This document shows positions 13,001 through 23,610 of a stretch of 64,000 nt of DNA, piece by piece. The notes beneath the pieces were generated by a model. The model was not told where the DNA came from, did not search any database, and was given only the letters and a program-made list of their open reading frames with translations. Location of the stretch: contig NC_042997.1 of assembly GCF_006345805.1 (NCBI RefSeq), positions 85,622,001 to 85,686,000 of the forward strand, in the 5' to 3' direction. The position numbers were made by a program, and so were the translations under genes. The stretch's first letter is position 1, and every line of letters begins with the position of its first letter. The stretch is from Octopus sinensis. Its lineage: Eukaryota.

Positions 13001-13152
13001 TTGAGGGAACCCGTGGAAGAGGTAGACCCAGGAAAACCTGGGACGAGGTGGTGAAGCACGACCTTCGAACTTTAGGCCTCACTGAGGAAATGACCAGAGA
13101 CCGAGACCTTTGGAAATATTCTGTACGTGAGAAGACCAGGCAGGACAAGTGA
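10033..13152 (+). CDS. RTE ORF: APE endonuclease + reverse transcriptase with inserted PHD finger (~1040 aa after repairing three -1 frameshifts at ~10770, ~10980, ~11565)
   Basis: APE motifs LNVGTL, MQEIRW, SAYAPQ, AGDFNGHVG, QIDYIL. RT motifs FVDMEKAFDRV, GVHQGSVLSPLLF, YADD (12196-12207), FRYLG. The frames of listed ORFs 10033, 11312 and 11578 are consistent with three successive -1 shifts; no in-frame stops in the repaired reading. Confidence 0.9.
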
Positions 13153-13240
13153 GCCCAGCCCACTTATGAATGCCTTTCCTCCCTTGGACACAAAGAGCGG
13201 TTGAGGCAAGCGAAGTCGATATAGAACCTCATCCGACGAC

Positions 13241-13690
13241 AGACACCCATGCCAACCCCCCCATGCTTGCGAAGACATGTTGGGGCAAGCGAAATCGAAA
13301 TCGAAACCGAATTGAACCAGCCAGGATCCCTGGCCTGGTGGTACGTAAAAAGCACTATCCGACTCGTGGCCGTGGCACGTAAAATACTCCAATGCGACCG
13401 TACGACAGGCACCCATGCCAACCCCCTTTGCTTGTGAAGACATGTTGGGGCAAGCGAAATCGAAATCGAATTGAACCAGCCAGGATCCCTGGTCTGGTGG
13501 TACGTAAAAAGCACTATCCGACTCGTGGCCGTGGCACGTAAAATACTCCAATGCGACCGTACGACAGGCACCCATGCCAACCCCCTTTGCTTGTGAGGAC
13601 ATGTTGGGGCAAGCGAAATCGAAATCGAATTGAACCAGCCAGGATCCCTGGTCTGGTGGTACGTAAAAAGCACTATCCGACTCGTGGCCG
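13241..13690 (+). repeat. Three ~158-165-bp tandem units in the RTE 3' UTR
   Basis: acaggcacccatgccaacccc...gtacg starts at ~13241, ~13406 and ~13564; units 2 and 3 are almost identical. Confidence 0.9.
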
Positions 13691-14000
13691 ATGCCAGCAC
13701 CGCCTCGACTGGCTTCCGTGCCGGTGGCACATAAAATACACCAATCTGACCGTGGCCGTTGCCAGCCCCGCCTGGCACCTGTGCAGGTGGCACGTAAAAA
13801 GCACCCACTACACTCACGGAGTGGTTGGCGTTAGGAAGGGCATCCAGCTGTAGAAACATTGCCAGATTAGACTGGAGCCTGGTGCAGCCTTCTGGCTTCC
13901 CAGAACCCCGGTCGAACCGTCCAACCCATGCTAGCATGGAGAACGGACGTTAAACGACGATGATGATGATGATGATGATGATATATATATATATATATAT

Positions 14001-15103
14001 CTAATGCTTACAGCTTAGTTTTTTTCTTGGGGCTGGCCGAGTTGGAGCAAATATCAGAATTGAACAGCCGAAATTTGCTATGATGATTCGGTGTCTGACT
14101 GAAGATTGAAGGCTTCGAATGATTTGTCTGTGTTCCGTGTTCGTCCCTTCCTGTATTTCACGTTCATTATATATAAAAACATTCATTCTTATATTATTGC
14201 GGCGTTACGTGCACCCCCCCGTTTGTTTGTCCAATTTTAAACCCTGCACGACTTCTATACACACTGTCTTTTACTACCCGCCATTGCTTCTTCACCAAAC
14301 TTTTTGGCGCCCTCCGATTCTTCCCCTCTCTTCCTCCCTCTTCCTCCCATCCTCCTTAATCCCTTCTTTCTCCTTTTCTCTTGGTCACTGATTCTGTCCC
14401 CTGCCTTCCAGCCTCTTTGGTTCCCTCTCTCTCTGTCTCTCTTTTTCTCTCTCTCCTGCGACCTGCTGCTTCTTAAACCATTCTGTTGGCCTTCGTATCT
14501 CGACCAACATGTGTCCCCGCTACCGAACGGTAATTATTTCTACGCCAGCTATGTTGTTGTTGTGTTTTTGTCTCATTTGGTCTAAAGTCGTATGACAACC
14601 ATCGTTATATATGTTTTGTTTATTCATTACTGTTTTCAATTTCGTTTTCGTCTCTTGTATTCACATCCGTCTTGTGCGTTCACATTCCTGTCTTCTACCA
14701 AGAAATCTAATGCTTACAGCTTAGTTTTTTTCTTGGGGCTGGCCGAGTTGGAGCAAATATCAGAATTGAACAGCCGAAATTTGCTATGATGATTCGGTGT
14801 CTGACTGAAGATGAAGGCTTCGAATGATTTGTCTGTGTTCCGTGTTCGTCCCTTCCTGTATTTCACGTTCATTATATATAAAAACATTCATTCTTATATA
14901 TATATATATCTAATGCTTACAGCTTAGTTTTTTTCTTGGGGCTGGCCGAGTTGGAGCAAATATCAGAATTGAACAGCCGAAATTTGCTATGATGATTCGG
15001 TGTCTGACTGAAGATTGAAGGCTTCGAATGATTTGTCTGTGTTCCGTGTTCGTCCCTTCCTGTATTTCACGTTCATTATATATAAAAACATTCATTCTTA
15101 TAT
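14001..15103. mobile_element. Direct-repeat element: ~193-bp unit (14001-14194), ~512-bp unique segment, unit (14707-14899), (AT)n, unit (14910-15103); possibly Penelope pseudo-LTR type
   Basis: Three near-identical units ctaatgcttacagcttag...cattcattcttata; no TG..CA termini and no recognisable ORF. Class is inferred. Confidence 0.6.
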
Positions 15104-15118
15104 ATATATATATATACA

Positions 15119-16280
15119 TACTAGCAGCATAGCCCGGCATTGCCCGGGTATGTAAGAGCCCCTAGTAGGCAATGACTAATCCCAATCTAGTCCTTTCCCT
15201 CTAGGGAACGAAGGTGCATGTGTAGGTTGCAATGTCTTCTCTTCACTCCCAAATAACTATCAAACAGCTATCGATAATTCAACCCAACCAATTCCTACCA
15301 GGAAGAAATTACATTCGAGACTTTACCCCCAACACCGCCACTTCTGTTAATAGCTGCTGCAGCCGCAAGTTATTCGAATCCTCTTTTTGTTTAAACTTTC
15401 TTTATAACTACCACTCCAAACGTTTTACCTTAAACTTTTGACGTACCCTAAGGGTCCTCAGACGCTACTTGCAAACTCTTGGTTTATTATAAACCGCTTT
15501 TGTCGTGTGCACCAAAAAACCTTTTCCATTCGTTTGTTCAGTTTGGTCACTTTTGACTTTTTCGTTGTTGTCACTCTCATTGCTGCCCGCTTTTTGCCGT
15601 TTTTGTACATTTTTATACATTTTGGGATACTTACCCCACGTGTTCCGAGAGTTAAAAAGGTCGAGTTGCGTCCCCTAGACAGTCTGTGGTTTGTGTTTAA
15701 TACACAAATCAGTTTGCTATGTGTGCCACATATGATTTAATTAACCGATTTTTTCCAGTAATAAAGTATCCTATTGGAATAAAAAGGGCCATATAGCTCC
15801 TTGGAGCAGACATGATGCTCGCTGTGAATTTTAAAAAAAATTCCTGCCAATTTGGGAAAGATATTGTCGAAAATATGTCATCTTGAATTTGAACGCGATT
15901 TCCCAAAATGGCATGATTTTATCGATTTTTTCTGGTGGTAAGATATTGCATGGAAAACTAACGTCAGAATTAAGTTTGTTAGGGTAACATTAAGCTTCAC
16001 CATGAGTTTGGTGAAAATCGATTGCAAGTTGCGAAAACTACAACAGAAAATGTGTTGCATATAAAAAGCTTAGATTCTCGACCCCATGTCGAATTTATCA
16101 ATTCTTTTCAGAACTGGGGGAACTTTTCAAAATTTTCGCTGCGTTAGTTTTGAATTATGACATTGGGCTATGTGTATGTCAAGTTTCATCAGAATCGGTT
16201 GAAAGGCGTGGTCAGGGTGAGGGTACAACCTGACAGACACACAGACACACAGACAGACAAACTGCCGTTTATATATATAA
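15119..16280 (+). mobile_element. Non-autonomous Helitron-like element (Lep1/HINE-type architecture)
   Basis: 5' tACTAGC...cccggcattgcccggg short inverted repeat; 3' aagtttcatcagaatcgg...(acag)n...tttatatata. Same architecture as 33970-34611. Confidence 0.7.
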
Positions 16281-16298
16281 ATATATATATATATATAT

Positions 16299-16360
<62 letters not shown>

Positions 16361-16521
16361 ATATGTATGTCTGTGTATATGTATATATATTATATATAAA
16401 TACATATATATATACGTATTTATATATAAATATATATATATATACATATATATACATACATACATATACATTTATATGTATGTATACATATATATATATA
16501 TATACACACATATATATATAT

Positions 16522-16570
<49 letters not shown>

Positions 16571-16827
16571 TATACATACATACATATACATTTATATGTA
16601 TGTATACATATATGAATATATATAGATGTGTGTATTTTTCGCTTGTTAACAATTAATATGGAAAAAGTAGATAAATACTTACCAGGGTAGCAAAAACTCA
16701 CACTAGTAAAAAGGTTGTAACTCCTTGTTTTTAAAGGTAGAAACTTCAGATATACGTGAAATATTTTGCATAATATATATAAATAAATAAATGGAATTAA
16801 ACACAGGTGTTATTCAAATTCTTTTAC

Positions 16828-16909
16828 TTCCAACACATGTTTCGAAGATATCATTTGTATTATTCCAAAGGAATAAAATGGTGTAAAACAATGTAATCTC
16901 TTCAGGGAA
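16828..16909 (-). ncRNA. Type-I hammerhead ribozyme motif, core intact
   Basis: Minus strand: ttcc-CTGAAGA-[long stem II with ttattcc/ggaataa hairpin]-c-GAA-ACATGTGT-T-ggaa. Stem I ttcc/ggaa; cleavage triplet GUU. Confidence 0.55.
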
Positions 16910-17374
16910 ATGACGAAACGAAACTCGTCAATAAGACATTTTAACAGAAAATGAAGGATATGTATAGTAATTAATTGAACGCTATTTAGTTTGTTTCAAA
17001 AAAACATTAGAGGATAAAACGTCAAAGGTAGCCTATAGAAAGAGGAAGGATAAAGGAAAGAAAGACCAAATAAATGTGAAGTATATAACTATATGTATAT
17101 TAAATAAAACCATATAAACTTGGATAAAGATATATCTATTGAATATGAAATGGAAGAAGAAAATTAATGTTTAAATTATATATAATGATAGATATCACTT
17201 ATATGAACTAAAGGTGTGTTTCTGCCAATGTTTACATCAATTTCAGCAAAGATTTACAATGCATTACTACTCAATCAAATCCAACCTCAAATTGAAAGAG
17301 TTCTTAGGAAACATCAAAATGGTCAAATTCTCACCGTTAGGAGGATGTTTTTGACAGACAGACAAATAGAAATA

Positions 17375-17380
17375 AATAGA

Positions 17381-17411
<31 letters not shown>

Positions 17412-17419
17412 GCAGACAA

Positions 17420-17514
<95 letters not shown>
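17375..17514. repeat. (TAGA)n/(CAGA)n microsatellite
   Basis: Direct reading. Confidence 0.95.
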
Positions 17515-17682
17515 CGCTTCACACCAACTCAGTGTGAATCAGAAGAACTGAAATAAATCTCGTACCCTTGTGTTACCACCTTCGTATAGAAAGACTGCAG
17601 TTACATTTTTATTTCACCCACAGCTAGGCTTTGCAACACATGCACACACACATACACACATACATATATATGTGAATATGTA

Positions 17683-18125
17683 GGTGCAGTCATGGGTGTG
17701 TGGTAAGAATCTTACTTCCCAACCACATGGTTCCAGGTTCAGTCCCACTGCATGGTACCCTGGGAAAGAGCCTTCCACTATAGCCTCAGGTCAACCAAAG
17801 CCTTATGAGAGGATTTGGTAAATGGAAACTGAAAGAAGCCTATCATATATATATATATATATATATTTTTTTTTTTTTATATATATATGTATGTATATAT
17901 CTATATACATATGTCTGTGTTTGTCTCCCCATCACCGCCTGACAACCAGTATTGGTGTGTTTATATCTCGTAACTTAGCAGATCAGCAAAAGAAACTAAT
18001 AGAATAAGTACTAGGCTTTAAAACAAAAAGTTCTGGAGTCGATCTGTTTGACTAAAACCCTTCAAGGTAGTGCTCCAGCATGACTACAGTCAAATGACTG
18101 AAACAAGTAAAATATAAAAGAATAT
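17683..18125 (+). mobile_element. tRNA-derived CORE-type SINE, family B, with internal (AT)n
   Basis: A-box-like tgtgtggtaag, B-box-like ggttcagtccc, CORE-like accctgggaaagag, tail ...gctccagcatg...gactgaaacaagtaaaa. Confidence 0.85.
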
Positions 18126-18825
18126 ATATATTTGTAACTGTAATGTTTTTAGCTGATAAATAATATGATAGAACATCAGAGTCATCACCAATTGTAACGG
18201 TTATGTTGTTATTGCAACAGCATGTTGTGAGATGTGAAAGATGAAGAGTGATTGAAGCTGTAAAGAGATATTTATTTACTGTTGCTTTGTATGTATCCAA
18301 AACCATGACAGGTTGGTATGTATAACTAGTAAATGGAAAAGCATGCGTGGTAGAAAGAGCTAATTTCAGCCGGTATGTGTGTACACGTTCTCATAGTAGC
18401 TTATAGAGAGAGAGATATGGTAATGTTACATAGTCACCGATTGTAACTTTCTTTTTCCCTCTGGTCATTTTGTCTCAAGTGGCTGCCTGCTTGTGGCCAT
18501 GTCTCTAGTTGTCTGTTCACTAATTTGGCCTTGCCAAATTCTAGTATTTATAACTATCCAAAACTAGTTAGAAAGATGGACATATTGTTGAGAAGAATAG
18601 ATTTCATTGACAGTCTGTTATCTCAATTCTAGCTATTGGTGTCATAGAAGAGGTTAGAAGTGTCAAGTGGTGAAGACATTATTCCGTCTTAGCGAAGGCA
18701 TCTAGTAAATGCAGCTGGTGTCATTCACAGAAAACTATTGTTTTACCGTGAGAAAAGTGTTGTTGAAGTGTTAAGTGAAATTTGGCTATCGAGGATCAAA
18801 TCCACGCTATGAAGCCACTACATAT

Positions 18826-18871
<46 letters not shown>

Positions 18872-18872
<1 letters not shown>

Positions 18873-19222
18873 TCTCTTTACTCTTTTACTTGTTTCAGTC
18901 ATGTAACTGTGGCCATGCTAGAGCACCACCTTCAGTCAAGCAAGTCAATCCCAGGACTTATTCTTTGTAAGCCTAGTACTTATTCTATCAGTCTCTTTTG
19001 CCGAACCACTAAGTTATGGGGACGTAAACATACCAGCATCGGTTGTCAAACGATGTTGGGAGGACAAACACAGATACAAACATAAACACACACATACATA
19101 CACATATATACATATTTACGATGGGCTTCTTTCAGTTTCCGTCTACCAAATCCACTCACAAGACTGAACCGGAACCATGTAGTTTGTAAGCAAGCTATTT
19201 ACCACACAGTCACTCCTACGCC
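18872..19222 (-). mobile_element. SINE family B (internally deleted)
   Basis: Reverse complement of the 17683 family head and tail. Confidence 0.85.
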
Positions 19223-19313
<91 letters not shown>

Positions 19314-19513
19314 TGCGCATGCATTGTGTGTGTGTGTGATACACACACACACAGTGATGGGCTAAAATGCATGACAAATTACAATATGACTGAGAGCTCA
19401 AATATCCAAGTTCCATTAAACTCCAGTGCTCATGTAATCTATCGCATGAAATGGAATAAATACATAGAAACAAGAGCCTCTTATAGTTGAAATAAACATA
19501 GAAAACGGATTTA

Positions 19514-21062
19514 CAGGCTTGGCCAAAAGTATTAGGACACCACAATGTTTTGGGAATCTGTTATCTCAATGTTAATGGAACTCGTGCACATGATAGATTA
19601 TGGTTATATTTCACAATATACATTAGTTTTAATATCTGGTTGATCCTCCTTTAATATCAGTTACCGCTTTTATACAGTTAAGCATTGAATCGACTAGTTT
19701 CTTGCAGGTGCTAGGCGCAATTTTACTCCAGTCTTCTCTCAGCTTTTGGTACAAATGCTCTTTATTTTTAATTGTTCTGTTCCTGATTTCTGATAACTTC
19801 ATCAAGAGTTCCCCATAGGTGTACGATTGGATTTAGATCAGGACTTAGAGCTGGCCAGTCCATGGGAACAATACTGTGTCTCAAACCATTGATGAGGATT
19901 CTTTGCGGTATGACATGGAGCATTGTCCTGTTGAAAGATAACACAGTTTTTCAACACTCCTGGATGCAATTTAGCAATTGATTGCTCTAAAACATCTGAT
20001 AACATAGAAATATAGGTAGCTGAATTTATCCTTCCCTGACATAAAAATATTTCTCCAGGACAAACAAGCAGGCCTACACCATGATAGAACCACCCCCATG
20101 TTTTATGGTTGCCACTAGACATTCAGCCTTAAATGCTTTCCCAACTCTGAGATGCACGAAAGTTGCACCAGAAGTACCGAAAACCTGAGTAAAAACACGA
20201 AAATAGTATTAGCTTTATGTGGATACTTTTTTTAAATATATTCTGGGCAATAAACCAGTTACATTAAGTTGGTATGTTGATTGAATACATGTACTATCTT
20301 ACCTCATAGTCACTTTCATCAGACCATATAACTTTCGACTATTGCTCACTGGTCCAATTTGAGTGGTTTTATGCCCACTGAAGACGATTTTCCACATTTG
20401 CTTCAGAAACCCACGGCTTCTTCCTGGCTTTACAGCCTTTCAGACCGAACTTTACACGCCTTCTTCTAACAGTTCTGGTTGATATTTGTGAAGTACTAGC
20501 CTTGTTGAAGTTTGCACAGATCTCTGACGATGTTTTTCTTCTGTTTCTGAGCGATTGACGGATGATGGAGCTGTCATCACAAGGTGATGTTACTTTTTTC
20601 TGCTTGTTCTTTGTATTTTCTTCACATCTTCTGTCTCTCTGATGTGCTTAAGAGTCGTTTGCACTGCACATCGAGAACATTTCATCTTCTGAGCAATTTG
20701 CCTTTAAGATATTCCATATTTATGATGAGCTTACGATTTGACCTCGCTCACACTCACTCAGCTCCCTTGTTTTAGGCATTTTACTGCTTATTAGCTGTAT
20801 CTACAATGTATTTTAGCTTAAAACTCTAAAATAATCAAGGAAACATAAGTTTAATTTGGACGTTGGTCTTACTCATAATTGGTTGCATATGTACAGTACA
20901 GTATAAAAGCGGCAATTGATGCTAAAGGTGGGTCAAGCAGATATTAAAACTAATTATATATTGTGAAATATACCATAATCTACTCAGTGCACGAGTTTCA
21001 TTAACACTGAGATAGCAGAACCCCAAAATATTGGGGTGGCCTAATACTTTTGGTCAAAGCTG
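19514..21062 (-). mobile_element. Full-length Tc1-family (DD34E) DNA transposon, 1549 bp, ~162-bp TIRs, TA target duplication
   Basis: TA|caggcttggccaaaagtattagg ... cctaatacttttggtcaaagctg|TA; TIRs ~19514-19675 and ~20901-21062. Confidence 0.92.
19629..20779 (-). pseudogene. Tc1 transposase pseudogene with one GT-AG intron (20185-20302)
   Basis: MPKTRELSECERGQIV... WSDESDYE|VFGTSG...KHGGGSIMV...FQQDNAPCHT...SPDLNPI(V)HLW...KGGSTRY*. D-E spacing is 34 after restoring a 2-nt deletion; several stops; catalytic E mutated to V. Confidence 0.88.
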
Positions 21063-21731
21063 TATATACTTATAAAAAGCAAAGTTTGGATGTTGACCAC
21101 TGATTTCACTAAATAAAATTAATAATAAGTTAGGTCCTTTAGTGTTTTCAACTAATCTGCCCAATGTGGATTCCACCCCCACCCCCACCCCCGAAAATGG
21201 GTTTTAGGGTGAGGTATATATTATCTTTACAATTTAAAGTTCAGAAGTGCGGAAGTTGTAAAGATAATTTACGAACATCTCAACTATGCTTAGGTAAAAG
21301 AACTGAAACAAATGGAGTAGCAGTGAGTGATAGTTAGACACGCTAATGCAGGCAAAGTGAGTAAAAGGTTTTGTTCTGAATTCACTGCTCTTTTAAGCAA
21401 AATAAAACTGCAATTTTTGATGGTAAATTGAATTTAGTTTATCAGTTTCACAGACAGTCATATGCAAATATATATATGTAATTAAATATTAAACTCATTT
21501 GTTTTCAAAATATTATTTCCTTTTCTAAGAATAAGATAATTTACAGATTTCATCGATCTTAGAAATGTAAACAAACATGTGCACACACGCTCATTCATAC
21601 GCTCACACATGCATAAACACATATGTATACGTATGCACATGCAAAGTTATGTATGTATGAATGTATATACATGCGTGCGCGCGCACACACACACACGTAC
21701 ACACACACACACACAAACATATACACATGTA

Positions 21732-21776
<45 letters not shown>

Positions 21777-21790
21777 GAAGAGAGAGAGAG

Positions 21791-21826
<36 letters not shown>

Positions 21827-21942
21827 AGAGAAAGCATTGTTTAACGTCTGACTTCCATGCTGGCATGGCTGGGACATATATATATATATATATCTATATA
21901 TATATACAGAGAAAGATAAATGCATATATGTATGTAAATATA

Positions 21943-21992
<50 letters not shown>

Positions 21993-22048
21993 ATATATAA
22001 TATATACATATCATCGTCATCATCATCATCATCAACAAGTATAGAAGA

Positions 22049-22049
<1 letters not shown>

Positions 22050-22079
<30 letters not shown>

Positions 22080-22190
22080 TGTATGTATGTATGTATGTAT
22101 GTTTGTATGTATGTATGTATGTTTGTTTGTATGTATGTATGTATGTATGTATGTATGTATGCATGCATGTATGTATATATGTATGCATAC

Positions 22191-22222
<32 letters not shown>

Positions 22223-22286
22223 TTGTTTGTATGTATGTATGTATGTATGTATGTATGTATGCATGTATGTATGTATGTATGCATAC

Positions 22287-22319
<33 letters not shown>

Positions 22320-22378
22320 TGTATGTATGTATGCATGTATGTATGTATGTGTGTATGTATGTATGCATGTATGTATGC
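22050..22378. repeat. (TATG)n microsatellite, ~330 bp
   Basis: Direct reading; explains the (MYVC)n and (HTYI)n ORFs. Confidence 0.95.
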
Positions 22379-22489
22379 TTACAGGATTTTCAGGTTAAAT
22401 TTGACAGTTGGCACGAAAGGAAAAGAAAACAATAATATTCCACCTGAAAATAGAAGTATTTTAGAAAAGCATAAACCATCAACTAGATC

Positions 22490-23134
22490 GTGACTGACCT
22501 TGGTGTTGCAGGCAGAACAGTCAGTGTCTTTCTTAACTGCACTCCACTCATTATAATCCACAGGTTTACAATAAGGGAAATTAGGAGACCAGAAACTGGG
22601 GCTGGTAAAGTCACAGAAATTCTCTAACTACTCCTGATTTTTTCCAGAGGTATGGCAAGGAACAAATCCTGCTGCCACACATGGCTTTCCAGCAGCAATC
22701 CTCTCCAGTCAGGGATTGACCACTGTCTCCAGCAGCTTCATATAGCCATCTGAATTGAGTCTAAGGCCCTGTTCAAAGATGTGGGCAGCATTATGTCACT
22801 CTTACTGGAGACACACTCAAAGACTATCACAGATTAGGAGAACTTGAGTTTTCATGATGTCTATGTCATATCTTAGAGCCTTTACGGTGTTCATAGAGCA
22901 TCAAGCAACAGTCCTAATATTGGCATTTTAATACCTGGTGCAAATCATCTTGATGCAGGTAACTCATTTCCAATACTCAGAGATTTCCACTCCTCTATGT
23001 TAGTTAACTTTTTCTCAAATACATCTTTAACCTTTATGCTTTCCAGTACCATTGACTGTTCACCAATATACCAAGCTGTTTCTGAAAAAAGGAAACAAAA
23101 AAGAATCATTAAATTTAGCTCAAACTCCCTGTAT
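22490..23134 (-). mobile_element. maT-like remnant, same subfamily as 2270-3133
   Basis: Shared tgccacacatgg..ttccagcagcaa..ctctccag and terminal aaatttagctcaaactccctg|TA. Confidence 0.65.
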
Positions 23135-23374
23135 ATCTATAAGAAAAGAGTACACATGATAAAACTACAGAAATGATAGAAGAAAATGAAAAATAGATAA
23201 ATGAAAATTATGCCCTTCTCAGCTGTTTCTCTAATGACACATAGTTTTGATAACTTGAGATAGAACTGCTACTTCAGTAGTATCAACAAGCCATTGGATG
23301 TGGTTTAATAACGTACACCAGTATATCACAGATCTATTGTACACAAGTAAGGCAAAAGGTAAAGTTACCTTCTC

Positions 23375-23610
23375 GAGTTATGCTGACTCATAAGGGCTGG
23401 TTTCCCAGTTTCATGGTATGTATATTCCCCACCTGGATAGGATACTGGTCTGTCACAGGATTACTCATTTTTGCCTGATAAGTGGACTGGGACAACGTGA
23501 AATGAAATGCTTTGCTCAAGAACACATTGCATTGCCCAATCCAGAAATTGAATCCACAATCTTACACTCATGTGTTCAAAACCCTAACCACTAAGCCATG
23601 TGCCTCCACC
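23375..23610 (-). mobile_element. SINE family C variant
   Basis: tRNA-like head (ggaggcacatggcttagtggttagg on minus) plus tgtgttcttgagcaaagcatttc. Confidence 0.75.

Larger units (their letters stand above)
9865..13982 (+). mobile_element. Full-length, young RTE-clade LINE (non-LTR retrotransposon)
   Basis: Single APE-RT ORF, ~830-bp 3' UTR and (GAT)n tail at ~13958-13982. Its 3' end recurs as truncated copies elsewhere in the window. Confidence 0.95.

Noticed and set aside
10086-13937. Antisense and alternative-frame ORFs over the RTE, including 13164-13937 (257 aa) and 13072-13602
   Set aside because: Shadows of a GC-richer coding region and of the triplicated 3' UTR unit; the peptides simply repeat with the DNA unit.
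14090-14135. Hammerhead in the 193-bp unit (CTGAAGA...GAAT...GTC)
   Set aside because: GAAT instead of GAAA in all three near-identical copies, and no stem I complementarity.
21220-21268. 13-bp perfect inverted repeat attatctttacaa/ttgtaaagataat as a miRNA hairpin
   Set aside because: Too short and AT-rich; no supporting context.
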